A stretch of 63,254 nt of DNA, filler included, from Phoronis australis (Eukaryota; Animalia; Phoronida): the NCBI GenBank assembly GCA_002633005.1. It is 5 parts of 5 records of this genome, joined end to end, with 100 filler letters (N's around TTAATTAATTAA, not from the genome) between each part and the next. Parts side by side here need not be neighbours in the genome. Positions count along the whole stretch, not along the records: positions 1 to 26,599 come from NMRA01000424.1; 4 more parts are not named here. One strand, written 5' to 3'. This document shows, in pieces, positions 14,201 to 25,600 of the stretch. The notes under the pieces are model-generated. The model did no database searches, was not told where the DNA came from, and saw nothing but the letters and a program-made list of their open reading frames with translations. The translations under genes were made by a program, and so were the position numbers. The stretch's first letter is position 1, and every line of letters begins with the position of its first letter.

Positions 14201-15888
14201 TGGGCGTCCATTTGGATGCCCTAGCACTAATCTGGACGCCCTGGCAAGGACGCCAGATGAATGATGGACGCCCTGTCAATCAGAATTTCTCACCCACATT
14301 GTAAGATTACTAAGACATCCCAGTTAATGCAAGAGAGAAGTTGGGCCTTTCAACTCCAAAGTATTCAGTAGACCTGTCAATAAGCAGTGTTTGGTTGCCA
14401 GAGTGTCTCTGCCATAGACATCTTAGCATCAACTGTGCATTTTTCTCGTCGGTAACTGCAGCTTTGATGACTCATTGTACATAATTATAAAGCTAGTTAA
14501 GACGATATGCTAAACTTTATAACAGCAATTTGCACTCATCGTTCCACCAAAATCGTAATATCTGTAATACCTGTTTGGTTAGCTATTTGGCCGTTTTCAT
14601 AAATTTAGACATAAAGGTCTTGATCCTCAGTTTTTTTAGTAAAAAGGTTCAATACAAGAAAGCTGTTTTTGTAAACTTACATGTAAAAGCCTTGTTCAAT
14701 GCATTTTTTTGTAAAAATACCTCTGTGTGTGGGGTAGGGGCTTACTGGTGAATGGTGGTGGGGAGTGGGGGTAATGCGTTATTGGAATTTGGGAACCCCA
14801 TTTTGGACACCTTATTTTAAAATCCTGGATAAAGCCACACATATTCCAAAAACTGAAGACTTCTTTATATTCAAATATGGGGAACTGACAAAAAACAATA
14901 ACTTCATTAATTTAACATTTTGTTTTATTTAAATTCTACGATGTGGTCCCACTGTCTGATGTTTACAAGTTGAATTCTCTTAAGAATTACAAGATGACAG
15001 ATCCCATAAAGTATAACTTCTCAGCATAAACATTTGAAACTGAAAAAGTGCAATATGCATCTTGTTCAAAACCGAAGCAGCTTGATTTCATGGCCGACAA
15101 AAAATTCAAAACTAAAAATGCAGAAAGAGTTTCTATAACAACCACTTATTTTTAAAAAATGACAGCGTTTATTTTCCAAATATTAACACTGCTCTTAATC
15201 ACTGACAATGTAAAGCTGATTTCGAAATATAATCCAAAATACCTGACGTCAATTAAATTCTCTTGTCTACTGTTGCTATTATTTTCTGGTCAGGAGGAAG
15301 CCATGACAATTTAGGTATTGGGTTACAGAATAATTGATATAGCGCCTTAGTTTGCCGTAAAACGACTTAGTTCATACCCATATCAGCCATATACTTTAAA
15401 TAAAGTATGATTTTTGTATGATTTGGCTGTGCGCGGGATGAAATAAAAACTTTTCCGAGGACCATAAAAAATTGACGCTAGCGGGCCCCCCGGCAGTAGT
15501 GTGGATACCATTAGTCTATCGGATCCGGTACTCATGTACGAGTGCAAATATACATGTAACTAACCAGATTCGAATAACTAATTAAGTTACTGCAGTAATT
15601 TTCAAATAAGTCGAACTGGGTTACATTAGTACGGGCATTAGTAGACCTAGGCAATTACATCGCCCTGGATGCCGCAGGCATACACAGCGATAGTACATCA
15701 CCACAAAAAGTTACTCATTTCAAATTACAGGAAATAAAATCAAACGAAACATTCGTATATGCACATGGAGTTATAAACACCACATACCCGGTACCATAAG
15801 TCTGGTGACGATTCAGTCAAGATAATTTGAACAAATCGATGAAAAGCTGTCGCGGTTAGCTCGAGTTTGTCTTACTAAAGATTGCCAT
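4606..15888 (-). CDS. Multi-exon BEN-domain protein with BEND5-like architecture, ~591 aa; possibly pseudogenised by one TGA
   Basis: Phase-consistent GT-AG exons: 15888-15876 (aaaATGGCAATCTTTA|gtaag, tentative first exon), 12962-12801, 11981-11926, 11749-11693, 10425-10360, 9719-9633, 9352-9146, 8080-7939, 7508-7422, 6188-5931, 5246-4606; total 1776 nt. Protein: N-terminal SQKYYVIAWDDEDTSSIL...KTYGGIMLACGYDLDRLEEMEE, an acidic then Lys-rich linker, coiled coil FNKLVQTVELLEKRIAALE, and a C-terminal BEN-like domain. In-frame TGA at 6174-6172; a weaker same-phase acceptor starting the exon at 6152 would bypass it. Confidence 0.75.
12801..12962 (-). CDS. Exon encoding the N-terminal beta-rich domain of the BEN gene
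   Basis: tttgcag|...|gtaagt boundaries. YYVIAWDDE...GKTYGGIMLACG resembles, from recall, the N-terminal domain of BEND5-type proteins (YAFVRFLED...AQILALAED). Confidence 0.65.
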
Positions 15889-17055
15889 TTTAAGGAAGTT
15901 ACACAAAATCATGCATGTCGACGAATAGAAAGTCCGCAAACGCGACCCAGTCGCAAAATTACCTTTTTTACTCTCGCGACATCTAGCGACCAGATAGCGT
16001 TGATGACATGCGCGTTAATAGAATGACCCGAGTCTTCACAAGTGGAGGAGTATTTTATATAGGAAGTAAACACTTGCGGAGGTCGGTTTTGTTTTTGTTT
16101 TCAAATTACACTGCAGTTGTATTCTTTGATAATTTGTAAAGGTGTAAACAAAAACACTCCAAGTATATGGCCTTTGTGCTTATGATATACCTCGCATTTT
16201 GCCTAATATAACTTTCGACATAAGTAATTGGCTTGTAAAATGCACACTTCATCTATTCGTCAGTCTTACACAGTCGGTCACAAAGCCGATGTTATGTTTA
16301 TTTGATGCCGCATGGTTGTCAATACTTGCATTTGAAGACATGTTCATCTAATCAGATTTTGAATTTGTCAATGCCCCAATAACATGCAGTGCTGCGAACA
16401 GAAACCAATTTGCAAATGTGAGGAACTGGCCGTACTAATCAGTGGCGGATCTAGGATACCATAAAGGGGTGCCCAACATGTTGCCTCGGGAAATTGTGGA
16501 TGGTGTGATTGGCAATTGCATGTGCGTAAGCGACCCAAAAGGTGAGGGAGCCAGCCTTCCGTTCAGGAAAATCTACCATTCGATTATCGACTAAAGAAAA
16601 GGAGCAGCCACTCCGCAGCAACTTGGACGTTCACCGCTACCGGTCCTACTTCCTAGACTCAATATTTCCTCACGAGAGGTAGTTCTTCGTGGTAAATGGA
16701 AATGTAATCCTATCAAGGTAAAAACTATAAAAACATTTTATAAGCGTAAACCGAGGTCGCATTTCATTTCTTACAGCTAAATGGTGTGCAATGAAGCCTA
16801 AAGTCAAAAATAGAATGTACATGTAGGCTAATTTCAACATTCTGAACACCATGAAACTTAGTGTAAGAAGNTGGGTAGATACAACAAAAGAGACATTAGC
16901 ACAAGTGCTACTTACAGATAGAAAACACATGTTTAGAGAATTATTTACAGAGAGGTACACATAGAAGATACACATGCAAAAAACATACATTACTATGTAT
17001 ACAAGCCTTAGTCAAAAACCTAATGGTTGAGTTGTAAATTTACTTCCAGTGAATT

Positions 17056-17290
17056 CTACGAGTCTCTGTTAGCCACTCGCTGATGGGAAATTGCCCATTG
17101 GCTGAATGGTTCGATACCCTGAGGTTGGATAACTACAACTGCCAACCCGATGCAAAAGACATGACACAACATCGAAACGGTTCTGGCACATCCCAGATTG
17201 TAACATCTTGTAGATGCAGGCAATTTGTTCCAGAGAAACACTTCAATTGAGACGTAATAATTTTATGGACTCACCCTCATTCTCACTTGA
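17056..17290 (-). mobile_element. Possible LINE (CR1/L2-type) ORF2 C-terminal relic carried inside the MULE
   Basis: Translation FLWNKLPASTRCYNL resembles the conserved WNxLP end of CR1/L2-clade ORF2; short and degenerate. Confidence 0.3.
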
Positions 17291-17303
17291 TGATTTATTG
17301 CAG

Positions 17304-17554
17304 GTCAAGCGTCTGGAAGTCTACAACCAAATTTATGAGTTGCTGGAACACTTAAAATAATTATGAAAATTAGGCCCAAATTAATACCTAACGAACGGTT
17401 ACTAAGTCTAAGCCAGGTTACAAAACAATTGTCAAGCGTCTGAAAGTCTACAACCAAATTTATGACTTACTGGAACACTTAAGTAACATGAAAATTAGAC
17501 CTAATACACAACGAACGGTTACTAGTAACTAAGCCAGGTTACAAAACAATTGTC
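17304..17554. repeat. Two tandem copies of a ~125-bp unit inside the MULE
   Basis: GTCAAGCGTCTG(G/A)AAGTCTACAACCAAATTTATGA...AAGCCAGGTTACAAAACAATT starts at 17304 and again at 17431. Confidence 0.9.
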
Positions 17555-17919
17555 TGCTCTAGACCTTTAAACACGGAGCTGCAAACTGATGATAAAAGCC
17601 AAAATGAAATTATGCACTACTATGTAATTTTAAAAGCCTTTACAACTGTAATCTTGAACACGTTGAGAATTAGAAGGAATCCCTAATTTTGTAATAGAAG
17701 ACGCAAGGCAGGTAAATGTTGCTTGTATATTCGCTTTCAATCGCAGTCTGTTTCTGCAAGACAGCATATGCCAGAATCAGAAAGAGGTCAAAGAGCTACA
17801 TCCGGTAATACGCTATCTGGGCGCTAGATGTCGCGAGAGTAAAAAAGGTAATTTTGCGACTGGGTCGCGTTTGCAGAAAGTCCAAGGGACACAAATCTTA
17901 CTTCTGCTATTTTGCAAGT

Positions 17920-17958
17920 GTCACGCGCTAGCGTCACGCGCTAGCGTCACGCGCTTCG
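17920..17958. repeat. Three tandem 13-mers GTCACGCGCTAGC (third copy imperfect), candidate protein-binding array
   Basis: Seen directly; CpG-rich in an AT-rich background. Confidence 0.85.
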
Positions 17959-19999
17959 CTCAGTCTTGCGCTAGCCTTTGCCCAAGTCGTGTGACTCAGT
18001 TGACATACTTTTAGGTGGTTATCAGGCGTAGTGAAAAAGTTAACGGCAATCAAAAAGTAGAGTTGGATTTCTTCGCAAAAGTCACCTTAACTTTCACAAC
18101 TAAACTTCATCGAAGATATGTATCGAAGTAGAAAGGACCAATTATGAAACTAAGCACTTTTTTAAATGATAGGTTTAAGTGTGGAAAGTATTTTTGACGA
18201 GGTGAAAACTCAAAATCGGTGGCCGGATTTGGCCTAGACTACGAATATCTGTTATGTAACGAAATGCGTACAGAAAGCAAACGGAAGAATTGTAGCCCTT
18301 CAATGGCCAACCGAGAGCTACGAGTTGCCTAATACATGTATAAAAATGTAGCGTACAGAATATAGGGACAGGATATGCTCATAAATGCGAGTGACATCAA
18401 TCCAAAAGACAAAACTAAGATACAGTTTTTTGTGTGAATCATACTATAAATTCTTGCCCTTCTCGACGACAAGAAATATTCTCAAATTTCATTATTGAAA
18501 ACTACTGGTTGACATACAGAATAAACCTTACCTTGAACTCGTTTTCTCGGCATATCAGACTTCGGTCGGATGACGCAGCTTTGTCTCTGCCTTGCTCGCT
18601 GAGACTTGACAAATGTGCCCACGTGCTACACTGAAGCATCTTATATAAGATTTCGAACACAGGCACGCGACACCCAGAAAAGCACGAAGGTGAGCCGAAA
18701 ACTAACAAGCGATGCACTGAGTCAGACACCAACTGCAGTTAAGCTATTTACCGTTGGCGGCATGACTCGTAGCGTTCATCTTGCTCCCTGTAGCAATTTC
18801 GGACGACACCCCGGGTGACAGCCTTGGGGCCAGTTAATCCGCTTTAAAGACAGAATCGACGGAGCATCAAAGGCGATACCGACAGGCAGAATGTAGTCGG
18901 ATTCTTGTGTTGGACTGACCACAAAAATTGGCTCAGGATAGATCTGTATTGTTAGCTGTAAAATACCTTTCCTTCCTTTGCCAAATGATTGTAGACATAA
19001 TTGATATAAATAAATATATGGTAATTATCTGACCCAGCAGGACAAATTCCTGTGTGTGTGAGTGGGGACTTGGGAATTGTAAGCTGTTCATTGATTGATA
19101 AATACGTCTAAAAAGCATACGTAGTGAGCGAAAACATTCGAATTTAAGGCATGCACATAAATGCAAAGCAGAGTCCATCCAATGCTCTGCAGGCATCTAC
19201 GTCCTGGGTGTTCCAGTAGGCCTACTGTGCTTGTACATGAATACAAATTGTGTTTCCTTCTCTGCGCATAACTACAAATGGCCAGAGAGACTTCGTGTTT
19301 TATACATCAGTAGCAGGAGCGCTATCAGATCTGGAGGGCTCGTGGCTTCAAAATTAAAGGCGTCATTACACGACTGTAGAGATTTCACCAGCACCGGATT
19401 TTTTTAGAATGCTCTTGTTCTATGTCTATTCCCATCACCAGGAAACTACGGTACTAAAATCTGGCAAATTCATGTGACCAACAATCCAGTTGCTGCCACA
19501 CATATGCGTTAACACCTTATATGAAAGCATTTTAATTTGCATGGCGGAAACCACTGACGTAAAGACATATGTATATTTTCAATCCGACGATTAAGGTTTT
19601 GCTGTGTGTTTACGTACAATACATCAAACCTGGCAAAAACACTCGACCTTCGGAACGGGTGTTGCTTGATATTTTTAAGGAATATTTATTGAAGAATACA
19701 CAGAACATACAAGGAAAATAGTGACAAACCCAGAAGTCACGCAGCATTGGTTGTAGACAGCATAAAAAACTGTAGAGGAAAGTAGCATACATAGAACCAT
19801 ATACATGTAAATAATATCTAATGTAAGTATTCAACTATTTAAATGTGCTATTACAAACATGTTTAGAAGAGAACAAAACATGGATTGTGCACGGCTTGGT
19901 TATAAACTGTCCTTTTGATTTATATCCCTCAAACTGTTTATCAAACTGATGCAGGTGAAAAGTAGTTCCATCCGTTCATGTGTGGTTTTGGAGTATGGG

Positions 20000-20580
20000 T
20001 CTGATCTGTCTATCAGCAATTAGCCCGGTGCTTATTGTAGTTAGATATTGTTTATGATAAGGGTCTGAAGATTTTGAGACCAGGCGAAAAATCTTCATGA
20101 GATATGGAAACCAGGAACAAGAATTATAAGCGACGCCTAAAAATATACTAACATTGCTTAAGAGGAATTCATTAACAAAAAGGGCGAAGTTAAGGCTATC
20201 ATTTAATAATAATGTAGTTTGTTAGAGGTGTTTTCATCGAGTGGACGAAAGAGTGAGTTTCGCTTGCATTCGATGAGTGCAAACCAGAAGAAAACATGAG
20301 GATAAGATTGCTGGCATCCTCATTTACAGAGAGAAGTTTGTAAAGTTGTGCTTAAACTTGTCGGAGTTTAGGAAAAGGCTGCATCTCGATCGGTACAATG
20401 CTAATTCGCGAGTGTAGTTTGAATGATACGAGACTGCGCGTGCAAAAGACGAACAGTTCTGATGAGATATTTAACACAGCAAAAAGTAGTGATTGTTTCA
20501 TGTCATTAATTCACCAATGGCCCGATTTTTAGAGTTTGATTTGATATTTGCACTACTGGTCTATGAAGCAGAACATGTAA
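20000..20580 (-). mobile_element. Degenerate LINE (L2/CR1-like) 3' end
   Basis: Minus strand reads LALYRSRCSLFLNSDKFKHNF followed by a broken Cys/His knuckle, as in L2/CR1-type ORF2 C-termini; many stops; boundaries approximate. Confidence 0.4.
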
Positions 20581-21867
20581 AATATGCTCCGGTAGAAAAT
20601 GAGTATACGGAACATGTGAAGAAAAAATAATAATGTTGTTTTCCCTCAAATACGAAATGTCAGCTAGGACAGAGAATGAGTTATCCAAGTTTTAAAAAAA
20701 TATCCTTATTACATAGGCCATGCAGTGTGGTTTCGAATGTGTAAGCTTTTTATTTGACACAAGAACCTGCCATGGGTCCTATTAAAACAGCGCAGCCCAT
20801 GAGATCATGAGTCTCAGTGTCGCTTTCTGAATTTTTAGTTCTGAGCTCACACCAAATTAACATATTAATCTCCTCAGTTGGACCACTGTCCACACCTGCA
20901 TAGGTCTATTAGCACAGCGTGTCAGAATTTTGTAACTTGTGATCAATTGTTTGCCGACTGAATAGGTCTATGATACTGACTGACCAGAAAACCGAAGCCA
21001 ACGCTTTCACGTATGTGAACAATGCACGCACGGGAACAATTGTCACTCCGCCGATGACACGGACTCAATAAGAAGCTCAGTGGTCTTCTGCCACAGAACA
21101 AGTTGAAAGTTACAAAAAAACAACAGAACATGGTTTTGTGGCATGAAAAGTATAATTTTCTTTATTACGTTTTAGCTATTTAGTGTGTGCCAGTATTGTA
21201 AGCCTGTTAGCTTTTAAACTTGCATGCATGCCTTCACGACAACTGAACCCGAATTAAACCATAAAAAACAGTTTAATGTCAAATTGCTGCTGTTACATTG
21301 TAGGCGAGTTTTTTCTTTAACTTAAATTGCCGATCGGGCGCTCAGACTTACAGGAGTTTCAAAAAATGCCATTTGTAGCATTTCCGCCAACCAGATTTTC
21401 CCTATTGCGGGGAAATAACTTTCGGACAAGGACTGAAGATTCCCACAGCTACTAAAGAGACCCTTTATATGGTTAGTTGTTTGCGGTCTATTCCCTGGTA
21501 AAAAGTATTATCTGTCCTTATTGAACACGGCGACTCGGTGCGGATTAGTTCAAAAACTTTACGCGATTTCACCAGAACTACTGAACACCGAATTATTAAC
21601 CAAGCTACATTTAACATTGATTAAAGTAGCATGTGACATAATACTAACACACTGTTTCTAAAAAGTTTTTTATTTATATGTATGTCTATCAATTCAGCAT
21701 CACATAAGCCCGGATGAGTATTTAATCAGACCAATGATTTATGGGTGCAAAAATCGGATGATTTTTAGTGAACAGCTCCTTTGGGAGATTGTGTGTGGCC
21801 CTTAAAAGGGCCGTTTTATGAAACTCCGTGAAGTGTACATGTATTCATTGAGAACTGGCCTCAGAAT

Positions 21868-22248
21868 TCAACACAAATCACAAAGAATCCCATGCTGGTC
21901 GATGTACTGAAGATCACTTTCGTTAAGGTCTTCATCGGGATAGGTTGGGTGAAGACAAAGGAGGTGACAATATCGACTGCAGGTGTTACACCTTAAGTAG
22001 ATGTCACCGTTCATCAATCTTGTCACGAACCCTTCGTCTTCAAGTTCTTGCCCTTGGATGAACAGGTAGTCTTGAACGGATGGAAAGTACAAACAAATCT
22101 GGCAACGTATAATATTACGGTAATCGTCACCCTCATACGACTCTGTGTTGCTTTCCCCTGAGAGTGGCAAGTGGTAGAATTCATCATCAATGTCCATCAT
22201 TTCTTCTACAGCGTCCATCGTTTCCAGATACAGATTTGAAATGAGCAT
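21868..22248 (-). CDS. Intronless small acidic protein with one PHD-type (C4HC3) zinc finger
   Basis: C-x2-C (CQIC), then IYLRCNTCSRYCHLLCL (C-x2-C-x4-H-x2-C), then terminal CDLC. Acidic N-terminus. TATATA at 22342-22347 upstream and AATAAA at 21674-21669 downstream on the same strand. Confidence 0.75.
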   Translation of the reverse strand: MLISNLYLETMDAVEEMMDIDDEFYHLPLSGESNTESYEGDDYRNIIRCQICLYFPSVQDYLFIQGQELEDEGFVTRLMNGDIYLRCNTCSRYCHLLCLHPTYPDEDLNESDLQYIDQHGILCDLC

Positions 22249-22464
22249 TTGCTGATTTTTAGTTTCACCGGATTAAAACAGGCGGCCACACTTTGGAGAA
22301 TAGGGGTGTTGCTTCGGTTCGCACCCTACCGTCATTCATGATATATAGCTTTTGTGTAAGAAACTTCTTGTACATATACATTTAACTTTGACGCTTTCAG
22401 AATTTTTTTCAATGTATAAACAAATTCAATGCGCGGGATGCGGACAAGATTGGGCTGAGGTTTT

Positions 22465-22614
22465 TAGGGACGGATCCAGGATTTTGAGTTAGGGGGGCAA
22501 GGCAGAGTATTAGCCAGGATCTTGCCTGTCAGATATTCGCATCCCGAACTGTGAAGTGGAATATAGAATTTTAGGGAGGCCATGGTTCCCTCGGCCCCCT
22601 CTAAATCAGCACAG
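22465..22614 (+). mobile_element. Dispersed MITE (hAT-like CAGG..CGGATCCAGG terminus), copy 1
   Basis: GGACGGATCCAGGATTTT...GGCAGAGTATTAGCCAGGAT...GCATCCCGAACTG matches the reverse complement of 53523-53628; the 3' end TAAATCAGCACAG is a degenerate TIR. No TSD found. Confidence 0.65.
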
Positions 22615-25600
22615 GTTTAGGAGCAACAGCCCTATTTGTTTCAAACAGCTCACGCCCAAATTCCCAGAATATGAATTAATTTTCTGCCACTTGTTTTACT
22701 GCAAGCTCCAGATCACGCGTCAATAAAATTTACAAATACAGTGACATAGGCCGATTTAGGTAACTACAGTAGTACCGCCTAACCCAACCCGCCTGCACGG
22801 ACTCGGCCAAAACAAAATGGAGAATTTCGAGACGAGGCCATTGAAATATGAGCTGCATTATGTCCATATGACATGAGTAAACTGGCGTGCCTGACGTTTT
22901 ATGCGCAATTTTCACCGCATATACCGTGTTCAAACTTGGCTAACTTTTAAAACAGTATTTGAGACAGAGCTGATCTGCTTTCTGTTAAAGTACACTGTAT
23001 AGGACAGGCTGCTTCCAGATGTTGTCCAAAACGCTCTTTTACGGAGTTTTCAAAGACTTTCCACTCTTCCACGAGCATTTATGTGGAGACTATTTCTCGC
23101 TTACACTGGTCACCGCTCAAATTCCCTTAGCCCCAAACAACTTTATCGATGCCTATTCAGCTCGCCCTTTGTATTGATGTAGACAGAACTAATGAAGTCT
23201 AAAGGTAATAGCTTACATTACTGTCTCAACAATCGTGTTTGTTATTACACCCAAACACGTTTTCTCTGGCATTGGCAGGTGTGGAGAGTAGTTTTAACTT
23301 GGAACATTTTAAATATTACAACATGACTAAGAATGTTTATTTTTGTTTTATCTTCTCAAAAAGATACTTCCCAAAAGGAACGATGGTTTTAAAAATTGTT
23401 TCATACCGTTTTTTGCTATTTCTTTTTAATACTCCTGTCTACTTGTTTTTCTCTTACCGGGAACGGGTTGATATCCTTACAATATATTCTTAAACTTGAA
23501 GTACTGAAACAGTGGTAAATTTTGGTCGCCAGCGAAACTAAATTTGTTTAGTCAACTGTTAACCCATCCTTAACTTTCCAGATTACAACTATACTAAACA
23601 TGTCGCGAGTCATTAGTTCAAGTTTAAACTTTTTTAGATCTCAAATCATAAAAATTTGCGAAAGTACAAATATGGTCATAGCCAAACTGAAATTTGGTAT
23701 TCCTGGAAAATTTCTGTTATACTGACTGCAAAACTAATTAGCTTTTTGTCAGTCAAAAATAAAGAGTGGGCACAAGCCACAACTGAGTCCGAAAAATCTG
23801 GTTAAACTAGATTGAAGAAATACTAAAAGAATAATTCATGTGATATTGTTTACTCTGATCAGCGTGTGTCAATCTACCAAGTATATCAATACGCACGGTC
23901 GTTTATCTTCAATTGTACTCAATGTTTGTAATTTTTAGCTTATTAGTTCATCGATTTTTAAAAATCGAAAACACTACATGGTCACCTTTCCAGCTCAATA
24001 CAGCCGTGGTGTTCGTTTTCAACGAATTTTTTTGGTTCGTTCATTTTGAAATTTCGTCATCTTGTACAGGCAGAGATGTTTACTACCGTTTATAGTCCAG
24101 TAATTGCACTTAATTGCGGTCATCACAACTGTATCAAACTCCGGTCCCGCACTCTCTTATGATCCTGGTACAGCCGCTTACAAGGACGGGCGGTGGAAAT
24201 TCTTGCATATCTTTATCAAAACGAAACTTGTGATTTTTACAAAAAAATGCACAAAACACAATGACAATTCGGAAAATTGTAACAGCTGTTTTAGATTTCA
24301 TTGTGAATATTTGGTAAATTAATAAAATGCGGTCAAAAATAAGGATATGGTTGCAATAGGCGTACACATGCCTAAGTCATTCTTTTATTTTTCGAATATA
24401 ACAAAATGCATGATCAAGTAACTCAGGTAATGGCTGTCGGAGATTGGTATTACCAGTACGTCAAAAACAGATTCTTTTTTTATCGTGTTCAATTCAGTAT
24501 CTTGGGAAATGTTTGGCTAAACGCACAAAGTTGTCAATATGGTTTCAACGCACAACGGCCCTCGTATATTTCACGTTGCTTTACAACAGTGTTTTTAAAA
24601 CACGTTACTTCCAGCAATGTACGGTGTGGCGTAGATAACGCTTGGACCGACGCTTGTTGACTTAAGTGGCGCTATATACATGTACAACCATGCCACAGGT
24701 CAAGAATTTACCTTATTTGTACGGATGAATTGTAAGATGCCGCGTTTTCGGTGTGAAGTATACCTGCTGGTCAGTGGATCAATATTGCTTTTGTTGCTGT
24801 TGATAAGATCCATGGCCTAGTTTCTTTGTTGCAACTGTTGGTATTTATGACTTTGCCTATTAAGCCCTTTTAGTGACCCAGATTTGTTACTGCACGGAGC
24901 GAAGCACAACGACTTAAGAACGGATTGTCTTTACAATGTTTGATCAGTTCTCTCAAACTCTACGCGTACGCCTCTCTATTTATTGTATAGTCGCGATATA
25001 AAAAATATAATATCAAAATAGAAAATAAAAGTTGTGAGATGTGCCTACAATGCACTGGATATTCCGTGGTACAAGAGTAGACAAACTTCTTAATTGACAG
25101 CACGCCTCTTTTTCTTCTCATCATTCATTGATCTGTGTTAAACTTTTACAAAGCAGAAGAGGCATTACTGAAGATGAAATTTATAAGTAAGCTGTGACGG
25201 GGGTGCCGTTTACGCAAAGCACGTTCAAAGCATTAATCTGGAAAACGAACTACTACACTTTATCCAAAGTACAATAGATGCCATGTGCCGAAGAAGTGAG
25301 TTATAGTTATTTTATTAACCACTGCATATTTTCTCTCTCACACACACAACTCAGCCACTCGCCGTTATCACAACTGACACAGTCTTTTTAATGTTCAGTG
25401 ATGAAATCGCAATCAGGCCCAGAGATCAGGGAAGGTACAACGTCGGTGATACTGGCAGTGGCTATACGTCACATTACATTAAACGTAACGAATTAATAAC
25501 CTTACATTATATATCCCACAGGTACGGCTACATGAATAACCCCGACCGAATTCTGATAGTGACCTGTTCCGTGTGCAATCGTACATGTAATCACCTCGCA

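Larger units (their letters stand above)
15936..17874. mobile_element. Non-autonomous Mutator-like (MULE) DNA transposon, 1939 bp
   Basis: 65-bp TIRs at 15936-16000 and 17810-17874 with 1 mismatch (GCAAACGCGACCCAGTCGCAAAATTACC...). Perfect 9-bp TSD AGAAAGTCC at 15927-15935 and 17875-17883. No transposase ORF inside. Confidence 0.9.

Noticed and set aside
14195-14280. Cluster of GGACGCC motifs; also ATTCTCA motifs at about 7050-7240
   Set aside because: These are probably subterminal repeats of old MITEs in introns, but no TIR or TSD could be defined.
15243-15304. Alternative first exon of the BEN gene (MASS*PENN...)
   Set aside because: It has an in-frame stop and a phase-2 donor that does not fit the phase-1 acceptor at 12962.
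18531-18638. Possible minus-strand exon ending AAG|gtaagg
   Set aside because: No recognisable protein and no compatible partner exon found.
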